Source of the DNA: Sporichthyaceae bacterium | Lineage (GTDB): Bacteria > Actinomycetota > Actinomycetes > JACCUZ01 | Length of the DNA: 64,000 nt | NCBI GenBank assembly: GCA_031365725.1 | Contig: JANLYQ010000072.1 | Location: 16,489-80,488, forward strand | Direction: 5' to 3' | In this document: positions 34,754 through 43,323 of the stretch, piece after piece | How positions within the stretch are numbered: position 1 is the stretch's first letter | Layout of the letters: each line of letters starts with the position of its first letter | Made by a program: the position numbers and the translations under genes | Notes under the pieces: generated by a model | What the model saw: only the letters and a program-made list of their open reading frames with translations | Databases searched by the model: none | Told to the model about the DNA's origin: nothing

Positions 34754-35083
34754 CTAGACCTCCGGGATCGGCCGCGCAAGGCCCCCCTCGCCCTCGGGAC
34801 CGACGTCGCCTTCCCGCGGCGCTGCACGGATGGTGCCGAAGGCCGCCACCAGCTCCCGCTGCACCTGCTGGCTCAAGGTGTCGAGCGGGACGTGACCCAG
34901 CAGCTCGATGGTGCGGCGCATCTGGGCGAGGTAGAGGTCGCAGCCACCGCACAGCCGTAGGTGTGCCTCGAGCTCGGTCCGGGTCACCTCCTCCAGGGCA
35001 CCCTCGAGATAGTCGGTCACCAGCTCGACCACCTGTTGGCAACGCGTGGAGTCGACGCGCAGGTCCCCATCGTTGTCACTCAT
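34754..35083 (-). CDS. zinc-binding anti-sigma factor (ZAS family, RsrA-like, no TM segment)
   Basis: MSDNDGDLRVDSTRCQQVVELVTDYLEG...HLRLCGGCDLY gives C-x25-H-x3-C-x2-C as in RsrA. ATG at 35081-35083 overlaps the sigma gene TGA (35080-35082) as ATGA. The longer track ORF start is Arg-rich and overlaps the sigma gene. Confidence 0.7.
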   Translation of the reverse strand: MSDNDGDLRVDSTRCQQVVELVTDYLEGALEEVTRTELEAHLRLCGGCDLYLAQMRRTIELLGHVPLDTLSQQVQRELVAAFGTIRAAPREGDVGPEGEGGLARPIPEV

Positions 35084-36567
35084 GCGCTTTCCTCGCTCCC
35101 CCGGTAGTAGTCCGCCAGCGCCTCGCGCAGTCGGGCCCGACCGCGGTGCAGCAGCACGCGCTGGTTGGCGGGGGTGAGTCCGAGCAGGTCGCACACCTCC
35201 TGGGAGCTCAGGCCGTGCACGTCGCGCAGCGACACGACACGGCTCTGCTGCTCAGGGAGGTCGACGAGCGCCTCCGCCACCAGCCGCCGGGTCTCGGAGT
35301 CAACCGCCGCCTGTTCAGGTCCGGGCAGCCAGCGGCCGGGCTGCCCGGTTGAGCTCCAGTGACCGGCGAACTGGTCTCCGGCGCCGGCAAATCGCCGCGG
35401 GTCGACGGTCGGCGCCGCACTGGTCGGGTCGTCACCGACCGCAAGACCAGAGACCGGCACCACCCGCGCCTCACGCACTCCACGCGTCTTGGCCAGGTTG
35501 ACCACGATGCTGAAGACCCAGGTGCGGAGAGTCGAGCGACCTTCGAACCCGTCCAACCCGCGCAGCACCGCCAGCCACGCCTCCTGGACGATCTCCTCAC
35601 TGGATGCGGCGGTCGACACATGGGCGCGAGCAAGGCGAAGCATGGCCGGAGACCAGTCGGCGACCAGGTCGGCGAAGGCGCGCTCGTCGCCGGCGCGCAG
35701 CCGATGCACCGGCCCGTCGTCCCCGGTCGGGGCACGTGGGTCAGCCGGGTCAGCCGGGTCAGCCGGGTCAGGCGCGCCCGCCACCAGCACCGTCGCGTCC
35801 GCGTCGTCCGGGCTCACGATGTACGCCGGTAGGCCGAGCTCGCGGGCTGCTGCCACCGCGGCGTCTGCCTGCCCCGCGGCGATCTCCACGACGAGCCATC
35901 CTGCCGGAGCCAGCCATGGGCCAGCCTGCGCGAGCACACGGTGCACGACGTCCAGGCCGTCAGCACCACCGTCCAGCGCAAGACGCGACTCGTGCGAGCG
36001 AGCCTCGAGGGGCAGCAGCTCGATCTGTCCGGTCGGCACGTAGGGCGGGCTCGCCACCACGATGTCGACCCGCCCGCGCAACCCCGGCGGCAGCGCGGCG
36101 ACCAGGTCGCCCTGCAGGGCCACCCCACCGACCGGTGCGAGGTTGACCGTCGCGCACCGCACGGCGACAGGATCGAGGTCGACGGCGTACAGCTCGACGG
36201 CGCGGGGTTCCAACGCGTGCAGCACGGCCAGGCCGAGAGCGCCCGAGCCGCAGCACAGGTCAACGGCCAGGACCGGTCGCTGCGGTGCACCGGCGCCGAG
36301 CAACCTCACGACCTGCGTGACGACCAGCTCGCTCCGCCGCCGCGGCACGAAGACCCCGCGCTGGACGTGGACCCGCAGCCCGGCGAATGCCGCCCAGCCG
36401 ACCACCTGCTCCAGCGGCACCCCGGCGACCCGGCGCTCGACCATTGCGGCCAGCTCCGCCGACGACGCCGCGGACTCGATCAGCAGCAGCGCCTCCTCCT
36501 CCGCGAAGACGCAACCGGCGGTCCGCAACCCCGCGGTCACCTCCGCGATCACGGCACTCGACAGCAC
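35080..36567 (-). CDS. in-frame fusion: HemK/PrmC-like N5-glutamine-type methyltransferase domain + (ADP)n linker + ECF (sigma-70 family, SigR-like) sigma factor
   Basis: N-terminus: GVPLEQVVGWAAFAGLRVHVQRGVFVPRRRSELVV, DLCCGSGALGLAV (motif I), VASPPYVP (NPPY-type). Linker PADPADPADP. C-terminus: sigma region 2 EEIVQEAWLAVLRGLDGFEGRSTLRTWVFSIVVNLAKTRGVRE and region 4 SRVVSLRDVHGLSSQEVCDLLGLTPANQRVLLHRGRARL. No stop codon between the two domains. Confidence 0.65.
   Translation of the reverse strand: MLSSAVIAEVTAGLRTAGCVFAEEEALLLIESAASSAELAAMVERRVAGVPLEQVVGWAAFAGLRVHVQRGVFVPRRRSELVVTQVVRLLGAGAPQRPVLAVDLCCGSGALGLAVLHALEPRAVELYAVDLDPVAVRCATVNLAPVGGVALQGDLVAALPPGLRGRVDIVVASPPYVPTGQIELLPLEARSHESRLALDGGADGLDVVHRVLAQAGPWLAPAGWLVVEIAAGQADAAVAAARELGLPAYIVSPDDADATVLVAGAPDPADPADPADPRAPTGDDGPVHRLRAGDERAFADLVADWSPAMLRLARAHVSTAASSEEIVQEAWLAVLRGLDGFEGRSTLRTWVFSIVVNLAKTRGVREARVVPVSGLAVGDDPTSAAPTVDPRRFAGAGDQFAGHWSSTGQPGRWLPGPEQAAVDSETRRLVAEALVDLPEQQSRVVSLRDVHGLSSQEVCDLLGLTPANQRVLLHRGRARLREALADYYRGSEESA
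35738..35773. repeat. 9-nt tandem repeat (GGGTCAGCC x ~4) encoding the ADP-repeat linker between the methyltransferase and sigma domains
   Basis: gggtcagcc gggtcagcc gggtcagcc gggtcagg on the + strand (antisense to the gene). Confidence 0.75.
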
Positions 36568-36667
36568 GGGAGGGAGCCTTCCTTACGGAGCCGTAAGACA
36601 TGACGGTGTAACGGCGGGCGGTGACCGGAGGACAACACGACATCGACGAGACAGTCCTTGGAGCAGC

Positions 36668-37174
36668 ATGCACCCCGACCTCGTGCCCGGCAGCACCTTC
36701 CCCGACCTCGAGCTGCCCGACCACAGCGGCATCGCGCGCACCCTCATCGAGCTCGCGGAGGGCGACCCCCTCGTGCTGACCTTCTTCCGCGGCTGGTGGT
36801 GTCCCAAGGAGCAGACGTTCTTCCGCGGCCTGACCCGACTCCAGGACGAGATGGAGGTGGCATACGCGCGGATCGTGTCCGTGAGCATCGACGACCCGAC
36901 CGTGTCGGCTGCTTTCCGGGCCGGGCTGGGGGCGCGCTGGACCTTCCTGTCCGATACCGAGCGCAGCTACCTCGAGCCGCTCGGTCTGCTCGAGACCACG
37001 GACACCGTCCACCGGCCCTACGCACCCGCGACGTTCGTCCTGGCGCCGGACCTGACCGTGCATGCGGTCTACAACGGGTACTGGTTCTGGGGGCGACCCA
37101 CCCTCGATGACCTGCGTCACGACCTGCGCGCGGTGACCCGCACCCTGCGCCCGGACTGGGACGTGCCTGCGTGA
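36668..37174 (+). CDS. redoxin / peroxiredoxin-like thioredoxin-fold protein
   Basis: MHPDLVPGSTFPDLELPDHSG...PLVLTFFRGWWCPKEQTFFRGL (W-C-P active-site context of AhpC/TSA-redoxin family). Divergent from the sigma-fusion gene. Confidence 0.7.
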   Translation: MHPDLVPGSTFPDLELPDHSGIARTLIELAEGDPLVLTFFRGWWCPKEQTFFRGLTRLQDEMEVAYARIVSVSIDDPTVSAAFRAGLGARWTFLSDTERSYLEPLGLLETTDTVHRPYAPATFVLAPDLTVHAVYNGYWFWGRPTLDDLRHDLRAVTRTLRPDWDVPA

Positions 37175-37731
37175 GCTGGTGCTGGTTGGCCCTGCTGACC
37201 GGTGCGGACGCCACCGCTGCCCACGGCGGCGCTAAGGCACCGAGCCTGGCCGCTGCTGCGGTCAGTGATGTGGCGGGAAAGCCGGTGGGGGTGCTTGCGG
37301 CGTGGCCGTCAGGAGCCAAGCCGGTTGCCGCGGCCGTGCGAGCGGACGCGCGGATCGTGGACCCCGAGGGTGGGTCTGCCTGGGTGTCGCTGGTGCTGCT
37401 GGCTCGCGACCGCTCGCCGCTGTTCGACGATCCTGCTGTCTCCGCAGCGCTGCGCCGGGTCCTTGCCGGGCCACCACCGGATGCCGTGAGCACGCTGGTG
37501 CGCGACTCGTCGCACATCGCGGGTGCGTTGACAGTCCGTCGATCGCAGCCGGCTCTGCTACGCGACGACCCGTTCCGTGCCGTTGGCCCGGCGCGGGTGT
37601 TGCTGGTGGCCGCCGGACTGCTCGGGACCATGGCGCCGGTGCCCGGTCCGGTGACCCAGCGCTATGGCGGCCAACCCTGGCCGGCGGCCGGCTTCCCGGT
37701 CCCGCCGGAAGCACGAGTCACGCGACCGTAG
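37171..37731 (+). CDS. hypothetical protein
   Basis: GTG at 37171 overlaps the redoxin TGA (GTGA). Codon usage consistent with coding, no recognisable domain, Ala-rich. Confidence 0.3.
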   Translation: MSWCWLALLTGADATAAHGGAKAPSLAAAAVSDVAGKPVGVLAAWPSGAKPVAAAVRADARIVDPEGGSAWVSLVLLARDRSPLFDDPAVSAALRRVLAGPPPDAVSTLVRDSSHIAGALTVRRSQPALLRDDPFRAVGPARVLLVAAGLLGTMAPVPGPVTQRYGGQPWPAAGFPVPPEARVTRP

Positions 37732-37771
37732 CGCTGCGCCTGACTCGTGGGACAGTCGCCGCGAAGGCAGG

Positions 37772-39202
37772 ATGGAACCCATGGGAGAGGTTGACCAGAA
37801 GATGAGCGATCAGACCGAGTACGACGTCCTGGTGATCGGCGGCGGACCGGCCGGTGAGAACGCCGCCGGACGGTGCGCCGCCGGCGGGCTGTCGGTCGTC
37901 CTGGTCGAGCGCGAGCTGGTCGGGGGTGAGTGCTCCTACTGGGGCTGCATCCCCAGCAAGACGCTGATCCGCCCCGGCGACGTCCTTGCCGCAGCTCGTC
38001 GGGTTCCTGGTGCCGCGGAGGCCGTCACCGGGCCGATCGACGTCGCAGCCGCGCTCGCCCAGCGGGACTACATGACCAGCAGCTGGTCCGACGCCGGACA
38101 GCTGCCGTGGCTCGCCGACAACGACATCGCCTTCGTCCGGGGACACGCTCGCCTCGTCGGCAACCGCGAGGTCGAGGTGTCCGGCAGTGACGGCACCCGG
38201 CGGCGACTCTCCGCCCGCCGCGCTGTCGTCGTGGCGACCGGCACCAGGTCGGCTTTGCCGCCCGTGCCCGGCCTTGCCGAGGCACAGCCGTGGGACAACC
38301 GTGGCGCCACCGAGGTGAAGGAGATCCCACGACGATTCGTGGTCATCGGTGGCGGACCGGTGGGGGCCGAGCTGGCGCAGGCCTTTCGCCGGCTCGGCAG
38401 CGAGTCGGTGACCGTCCTCGAGGCCGGGCCGCGGCTGTTGTCCCGGGAGGAGCCGTTCGCCGGCGAGGAGGTGCGGGTCGCGCTCGAAGCTGAAGGGATC
38501 ACCGTCGTGGTCGGCGCGTCGATCGCGTCGGTGGCTCGCGAGGGTACAGACGGACCGGTGACCGTGACGATGGCCGACGGCAGCACCCAGGTGGGCGATG
38601 CGCTGCTCGTCGCCGCCGGCCGACGCCCGACCACCGGCGACCTGGGCGTCGAGAGCGTCGGGCTGGTACCCGGCAAAGTGATTGAGGTCGACGACCAGCT
38701 TCGCGCGACCGGCGTACCCGGTGGATGGCTCTATGCCGTGGGTGATGTCAACGGGCTCGCACCGTTGACCCACATGGGGAAGTACCAAGCTCGCCTGGTC
38801 GGTGACGTCATCCTCGGCAAGGACGTGCGCGACACCTCGAGCACGGCTGCGGTGACCCGGGTGTCGTTCACCGACCCGCAGGTGGCCGCGGTCGGGCTGA
38901 CGGAGGCGCAGGCCCGCGAGAAGGGCATCGACGTGCGGGTCGTGAGCGTCGGCACCGGCAGCGTCGCCGGGGCCTCCACCCTCGGCAACGGCATCAGCGG
39001 GACGAGCCAGATCGTGGTGGATGAGACCCGCCGGGTGCTGGTCGGCGCCACGTTCACCGGGCCGGGTGTGCAGGAGCTGCTGCACTCGGCCACCGTGGCG
39101 ATCGTCGGCGAGGTCACGGTGGACCGGCTCTGGCATGCGGTGCCGGCCTTCCCGACGGTGAGCGAGGTATGGCTGCGACTGCTCGAGGCCTATGGACTCT
39201 GA
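37772..39202 (+). CDS. FAD-dependent pyridine nucleotide-disulfide oxidoreductase (class I flavoprotein disulfide reductase; mycothione/lipoamide-reductase-like)
   Basis: YDVLVIGGGPAGENAA (FAD), redox-active GGECSYWGCIPSK, NAD(P) site FVVIGGGPVGAELAQ, C-terminal dimerisation domain with H...PTVSE. ATG 37772 with AAGGCAGG SD; ATG 37802 is an alternative. Confidence 0.85.
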   Translation: MEPMGEVDQKMSDQTEYDVLVIGGGPAGENAAGRCAAGGLSVVLVERELVGGECSYWGCIPSKTLIRPGDVLAAARRVPGAAEAVTGPIDVAAALAQRDYMTSSWSDAGQLPWLADNDIAFVRGHARLVGNREVEVSGSDGTRRRLSARRAVVVATGTRSALPPVPGLAEAQPWDNRGATEVKEIPRRFVVIGGGPVGAELAQAFRRLGSESVTVLEAGPRLLSREEPFAGEEVRVALEAEGITVVVGASIASVAREGTDGPVTVTMADGSTQVGDALLVAAGRRPTTGDLGVESVGLVPGKVIEVDDQLRATGVPGGWLYAVGDVNGLAPLTHMGKYQARLVGDVILGKDVRDTSSTAAVTRVSFTDPQVAAVGLTEAQAREKGIDVRVVSVGTGSVAGASTLGNGISGTSQIVVDETRRVLVGATFTGPGVQELLHSATVAIVGEVTVDRLWHAVPAFPTVSEVWLRLLEAYGL

Positions 39203-39211
39203 GCGACGCCG

Positions 39212-40384
39212 ATGCCGCCGACGACGCTGGACAACCTCGTCATCGTGGCCGTGGTGGGAGCACTGGCGCCCCTGGCGCTGGGATTCCTCCCGTGGCTGCG
39301 GGTGCCCTCGGCAGTGGTCGAGCTCGTTGCTGGCGTCGTGCTCGGACCGGCGGTGCTCGGCTGGGTGCACATCGACCAACCGGTGCAGGTCCTCAGCCTG
39401 ATCGGCCTGGCGTTCCTGCTGTTCCTGGCAGGTCTCGAGATCGACGTGCGGCGGCTGCGCGGAGCACTCCTACGATCGGCAGCTCTCGGCTATCTGCTCA
39501 GCCTGGCGGTCGGTGCGCCGATCGCTGTGGGGCTCGCCGCGTTGCACTGGGTGAGCTCCCCCATGCTCGTCGCCATCGCCTTGTCGGCGACCTCGCTCGG
39601 GCTGGTGGTCCCGGTGCTGAAGGACGCCGGTCAGACCGACAGCACCGCTGGGCGGCTGGCGATCCTCAGCGCCACGGTGGCCGACTTCGCCGCGATCGTG
39701 TTGCTGTCATTGCTGTTCTCGGCATCGGGGGGCAGCCCGGCGGGGCGGCTCTCGCTCCTGGCGGTGTTCCTGATCCTGGTGGTGGCGACCGGAGCAGCGC
39801 TGGCAAAGCTCGGCCGGGGAATGCGGTTGGGCGAGGTACTGGTCCGGCTGCAGGACACCACGGCCGCCATCCGCGTGCGCTTTGCCGTGGTGCTGCTGCT
39901 CGGCTTCGCCGCCTTGGCGACACGGGTCGGCCTCGAAAGCATCCTGGGCGCGTTCCTTGCCGGGGTCCTCGTGTCCGTGCTCGACAGCGACATGTCGAGC
40001 CACCCGACGTTCAGGGTCAAGCTCGAGGCCATCGGATTCGGATTCGTCGTGCCAGTCTTCTTCGTTGCGAGCGGTGCCCGGTTGGACCTGCAGGGCCTCC
40101 TCGACCAGCCTTCGGCGTTGCTGCGGGTCCCCGTCTTCGTGCTGGCGCTACTCGCGGTCCGCGGCCTGCCGGCACTGCTGTCGTGGCGCATGCTGGGTCG
40201 GCGACGGACCGTGGCAGTAGCGCTGCTGCAGGCGACGTCCCTGCCGTTCATCGTCGCGGCGGTGCAGATCGGCATCGAGCTGCACCAGATCACCCCGATC
40301 ACCGGCGCGGCGATGGTGACCGCCGGTCTGGCCTCGGTGCTGGTGTTCCCTCCTGCCGCCCTCAGGCTGCTGCGCGATCCGTAG
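39212..40384 (+). CDS. cation:proton antiporter (CPA1/CPA2 Na+/H+ exchanger family)
   Basis: 12-13 TM helices, Na_H_exchanger features VELVAGVVLGPAVLGW, LLFLAGLEID. Confidence 0.85.
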   Translation: MPPTTLDNLVIVAVVGALAPLALGFLPWLRVPSAVVELVAGVVLGPAVLGWVHIDQPVQVLSLIGLAFLLFLAGLEIDVRRLRGALLRSAALGYLLSLAVGAPIAVGLAALHWVSSPMLVAIALSATSLGLVVPVLKDAGQTDSTAGRLAILSATVADFAAIVLLSLLFSASGGSPAGRLSLLAVFLILVVATGAALAKLGRGMRLGEVLVRLQDTTAAIRVRFAVVLLLGFAALATRVGLESILGAFLAGVLVSVLDSDMSSHPTFRVKLEAIGFGFVVPVFFVASGARLDLQGLLDQPSALLRVPVFVLALLAVRGLPALLSWRMLGRRRTVAVALLQATSLPFIVAAVQIGIELHQITPITGAAMVTAGLASVLVFPPAALRLLRDP

Positions 40385-40394
40385 CATCGAGTGT

Positions 40395-41756
40395 GTGAGC
40401 CGTCGACTCTTCGCCCACGCGTTCGGCGAGCGCTACGACCTGCCGATTCCGCTGTTCCTCTTCGTGCTGGGCGGCGCGGCGGTGGTGGTGCTGTCCTTCG
40501 TCCTCGTGCTGCGGCGAGGTGTCGACGACCGCGGTCGGACCGACGAGGTCGACCGAGCGCCGCGTACTCCCGTCGGGACTATCGGGTCCCGGCTCGGCCT
40601 CATCGTCCTGGCCACCCTTGTCGCCATCGGTCTGTGGGGCAGCAACGAGGTCGCCGAGAACATCGTGCCCACCCTGTTCTGGCTGCTGGCCTGGATCGTG
40701 GTGCCGCTCTCCTGCGGGCTGCTCGGCGACTGGACCCGACCGGTCAACCCCTTCGCTGCCGTCGTCCGTCTCGTGGACCACCCCGGTCTGCGTCGGGCCG
40801 TGCTCGCCCGCGCCAAGCCACTGCGCTATCCCGACCGCCTCGGCTGGTGGCCCGCGGTCGTGCTCTACTTCTCCCTCGCCTGTGGCGAGCTGATCTACAA
40901 CCTCACCGTGACGAAGCCGCACGTCATCGCCATCGGGCTGCTGGTATACGCCGTCCTCACTGCAGTCGCAGGAGTGCTGTTCGGCGCAACGTGGCTCCAG
41001 CGCGGCGAGGTCTTCTCCGTCCTCTACAACACCTGGGGCCGTCTGGGGTGGTGGCGATTCGGCGCCGGGGGCAGGCGTGGGTTCGCCGGTGGACTCGAGT
41101 CGGGTTTCGAGCGCGCTACCAGCCGCGTGGTCTTCGTCATGCTGCTGCTGGTGACGGTCAACTTCGACGGGCTGATCGCTACCCCGCAGTGGGACCGATG
41201 GGAACAGGGTCGCGTCGGCGCGGACCAGGGCGCGCTCGAGGTCCTGCGGCTCGTCACGCTGGTCGGTCTCACGGTCGTGGTCTGCGCCGTGTTCGGTGCC
41301 TTCGCCCTGGCTGCCGCACGCGCCGGCGGCCACCGCACCCGCTTTCGTGACTCGCTGTCCGGCTTGCTGCCGAGCCTGCTGCCGATCGCCTTCGGCTATC
41401 TGGTCGCGCACAACGCGCAGTACGTCCTGGTCAACTCCCAGCTGCTGCTGCCGCTGATCGGCAACCCGGTCGGTCGCGAGTCGTGGCCGCTGCACCTGCC
41501 CTACCCGTTCACCGACTCCTACGAGGTCAGTGCAACGTTCCTGCCCAGCGCCGTCTACTGGTACGTCGGCATCGCCGCGATCATCGCCGCACACGTGGTG
41601 GCGGTGGTGCTCGCCCACCGGCACCTCACCCTGCGCGGCGCGGACCGGCAACGTGGTCGGGCCAGTGAGTACCCCTGGCTGGTGGCGATGGTCGCCTACA
41701 CGATGTTCTCGCTGGTCCTCATCGCCCAGCCGCTGGTCACCGAGGTCGCGGCTTAG
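40395..41756 (+). CDS. polytopic integral membrane protein of unknown function
   Basis: ~10 hydrophobic helices, Trp-rich loops; no family recognised by eye. Confidence 0.55.
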   Translation: MSRRLFAHAFGERYDLPIPLFLFVLGGAAVVVLSFVLVLRRGVDDRGRTDEVDRAPRTPVGTIGSRLGLIVLATLVAIGLWGSNEVAENIVPTLFWLLAWIVVPLSCGLLGDWTRPVNPFAAVVRLVDHPGLRRAVLARAKPLRYPDRLGWWPAVVLYFSLACGELIYNLTVTKPHVIAIGLLVYAVLTAVAGVLFGATWLQRGEVFSVLYNTWGRLGWWRFGAGGRRGFAGGLESGFERATSRVVFVMLLLVTVNFDGLIATPQWDRWEQGRVGADQGALEVLRLVTLVGLTVVVCAVFGAFALAAARAGGHRTRFRDSLSGLLPSLLPIAFGYLVAHNAQYVLVNSQLLLPLIGNPVGRESWPLHLPYPFTDSYEVSATFLPSAVYWYVGIAAIIAAHVVAVVLAHRHLTLRGADRQRGRASEYPWLVAMVAYTMFSLVLIAQPLVTEVAA

Positions 41757-42379
41757 CGCAGGAACCACGACACGAGGTCGGCGCCGACGTGCGCCACCGC
41801 CGGCGCAGCCCACGAGCCGGCGTGCACCCGCAGCCCGCCGAGGACCACGCCGACAGCAAGGTCGAGGGGCAGCGCCGACCAGCCGTAGAGCGGCAGGTGC
41901 AGCAACGCGAAAGCCGCCGCACCCACGACGACTGCGACGCCTGGTCCCGCGGTGCGAGCGACGGCGTCGTGCAACGCACCCCGCAGGAACGCCTCCTCGG
42001 CGGTGGCGACGACTGCGACCACCAGCGCCCACAACAGAAATCCCTGGGTAGAGGTCGACACGACCAGGCCGCGGGCGCTGACGTGCGCGAGAACGGCCGG
42101 TACGCAGATCAGCGCACCTCCCGCTGCCCCCGCGACGAGGACCTGGCGGGAGACACGCGGTCGCCGGGTGCCGGCGGCGAGGACGAGGAGCACGAGAGCA
42201 ACCGCGAACACCAGTCCGGCCGGCATCGAGCGCGCGACATCCGGGCCACCCACCAGCGCTCGAAGCAGGACGGCTGCGGTGAATCCAGCCAGCAGAACCA
42301 GGATCCCGGCGCGATCGGGTGCAGCACGGCGAACCCTGTGGGCGCTGCGGGCGGGAAGGACCGTGGTGGTGGAGGTCAC
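41753..42379 (-). CDS. CPBP family intramembrane endopeptidase (second copy)
   Basis: EEAFLRGALHD (EExxxR), FALLH, HVGADL motifs. GTG start at 42377-42379 overlaps the upstream TGA (GTGA). The track's Arg-rich N-terminal extension was trimmed. Confidence 0.65.
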   Translation of the reverse strand: MTSTTTVLPARSAHRVRRAAPDRAGILVLLAGFTAAVLLRALVGGPDVARSMPAGLVFAVALVLLVLAAGTRRPRVSRQVLVAGAAGGALICVPAVLAHVSARGLVVSTSTQGFLLWALVVAVVATAEEAFLRGALHDAVARTAGPGVAVVVGAAAFALLHLPLYGWSALPLDLAVGVVLGGLRVHAGSWAAPAVAHVGADLVSWFLR

Positions 42380-43263
42380 GGCTGCTCGGCATCGTCGGCA
42401 TCGTCGGCATCGTCGGCGGTCTCGTCCTCGTCGTCTCCTGCCGACCGGCGTACGACGAGGACGACGGCCGCCAGGACGAGGACCACGAGCGCCAGCAGGC
42501 CGCCCCACAGCAGACCCGAGCGACCTCCACCGGACGCCGAGGACGTCGACCCCGTCGCCTCGACCGCGAGGGCGTAGTCACCCGCTGCGGCGAAGGTCGC
42601 GGCCCAGATGTCGTTACCGGCCTTGGTCGTCTTGAGTCGCTGCCACGGCTTGCCGGGCGCCGGGCGGTAGTGCATCCCCTCGCCGGGGGTCAGGGTCGGT
42701 GCCCGTAGGTAGATGACGGCCTCTTTCGCCTTGGCGGTGACAGTGACCGGCCCGCTCGGCGCGGCGAGAGTGACGCGATAGACGTTGCCGTCGATGGTGG
42801 TGCCGGTTGGCTCCTCGGTGGGGGCCAGCGGGGTCACGGTCACGGTGACGGGCCCGGCAGCTGCGGCAAGCGCGCCCTGCGGGACGCCCAGGCTGACCTG
42901 CGGCCCGAACTCGGGCGAGACCAGCGAGAGGTAGGCAGCTGTGACGCCCGAGGCGAGCTCAGCCTTCGCGGCGACCGTGATCGGTCGCACCGTGGTCGGC
43001 GTGCCGTCGGGCGGTGCGACGTAGCGGTACGGCTCGTCGGGCAGTCCCACGCCGTCATAGAGCGGCACCGGGTGGGGCGACACCAGCCAGCCAAGGGCAA
43101 CAACCACCGCGGTGGCCAGCCAGAACCGCCAGGCGCAAAACCGGTCAGGGGAAGCCGCTGCACGCGGTGGCCTGGTCACGCCCACAGCATCCCAGTCGCA
43201 CCCGAGCGCACGAACGAGCCCGCTGATGTTTACCTTCCGGCCACCTTGACGCCACCGCTGCAC
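42376..43263 (-). CDS. hypothetical bitopic membrane protein: N-terminal signal-anchor, extracellular beta-rich domain, C-terminal TM and acidic tail (DDEDETADDADDADDAEQP)
   Basis: WRFWLATAVVVALGWLV and LLWGGLLALVVLVLAAVVLVV helices; tail encoded by a 9-nt repeat. Start uncertain (GTG at 43263). Confidence 0.45.
   Translation of the reverse strand: MQRWRQGGRKVNISGLVRALGCDWDAVGVTRPPRAAASPDRFCAWRFWLATAVVVALGWLVSPHPVPLYDGVGLPDEPYRYVAPPDGTPTTVRPITVAAKAELASGVTAAYLSLVSPEFGPQVSLGVPQGALAAAAGPVTVTVTPLAPTEEPTGTTIDGNVYRVTLAAPSGPVTVTAKAKEAVIYLRAPTLTPGEGMHYRPAPGKPWQRLKTTKAGNDIWAATFAAAGDYALAVEATGSTSSASGGGRSGLLWGGLLALVVLVLAAVVLVVRRSAGDDEDETADDADDADDAEQP
42386..42420. repeat. 9-nt tandem repeat (TCGGCATCG x ~3.8) encoding the DDADDADDA tail
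   Basis: tcggcatcg tcggcatcg tcggcatcg tcggcggtc read on the + strand. Confidence 0.7.
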
Positions 43264-43323
43264 CAGCCGGGGGGCGCAGCGTGCGTGTCACCACCCGCCG
43301 TACGTCATCTCGGAGGCATCAGC

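Noticed and set aside
35080-36567. Methyltransferase and sigma domains as two separate genes
   Set aside because: No stop codon lies between the domains in this frame, so any translation of the MTase reads through into sigma. Kept as a fusion, but an internal sigma start (GTG near VHRLRAGD) cannot be excluded.
40362-42581. 739-aa minus-strand ORF
   Set aside because: Antisense to the polytopic membrane protein gene; Arg-rich. Overlaps the real CPBP gene only at its 3' end, in another frame.
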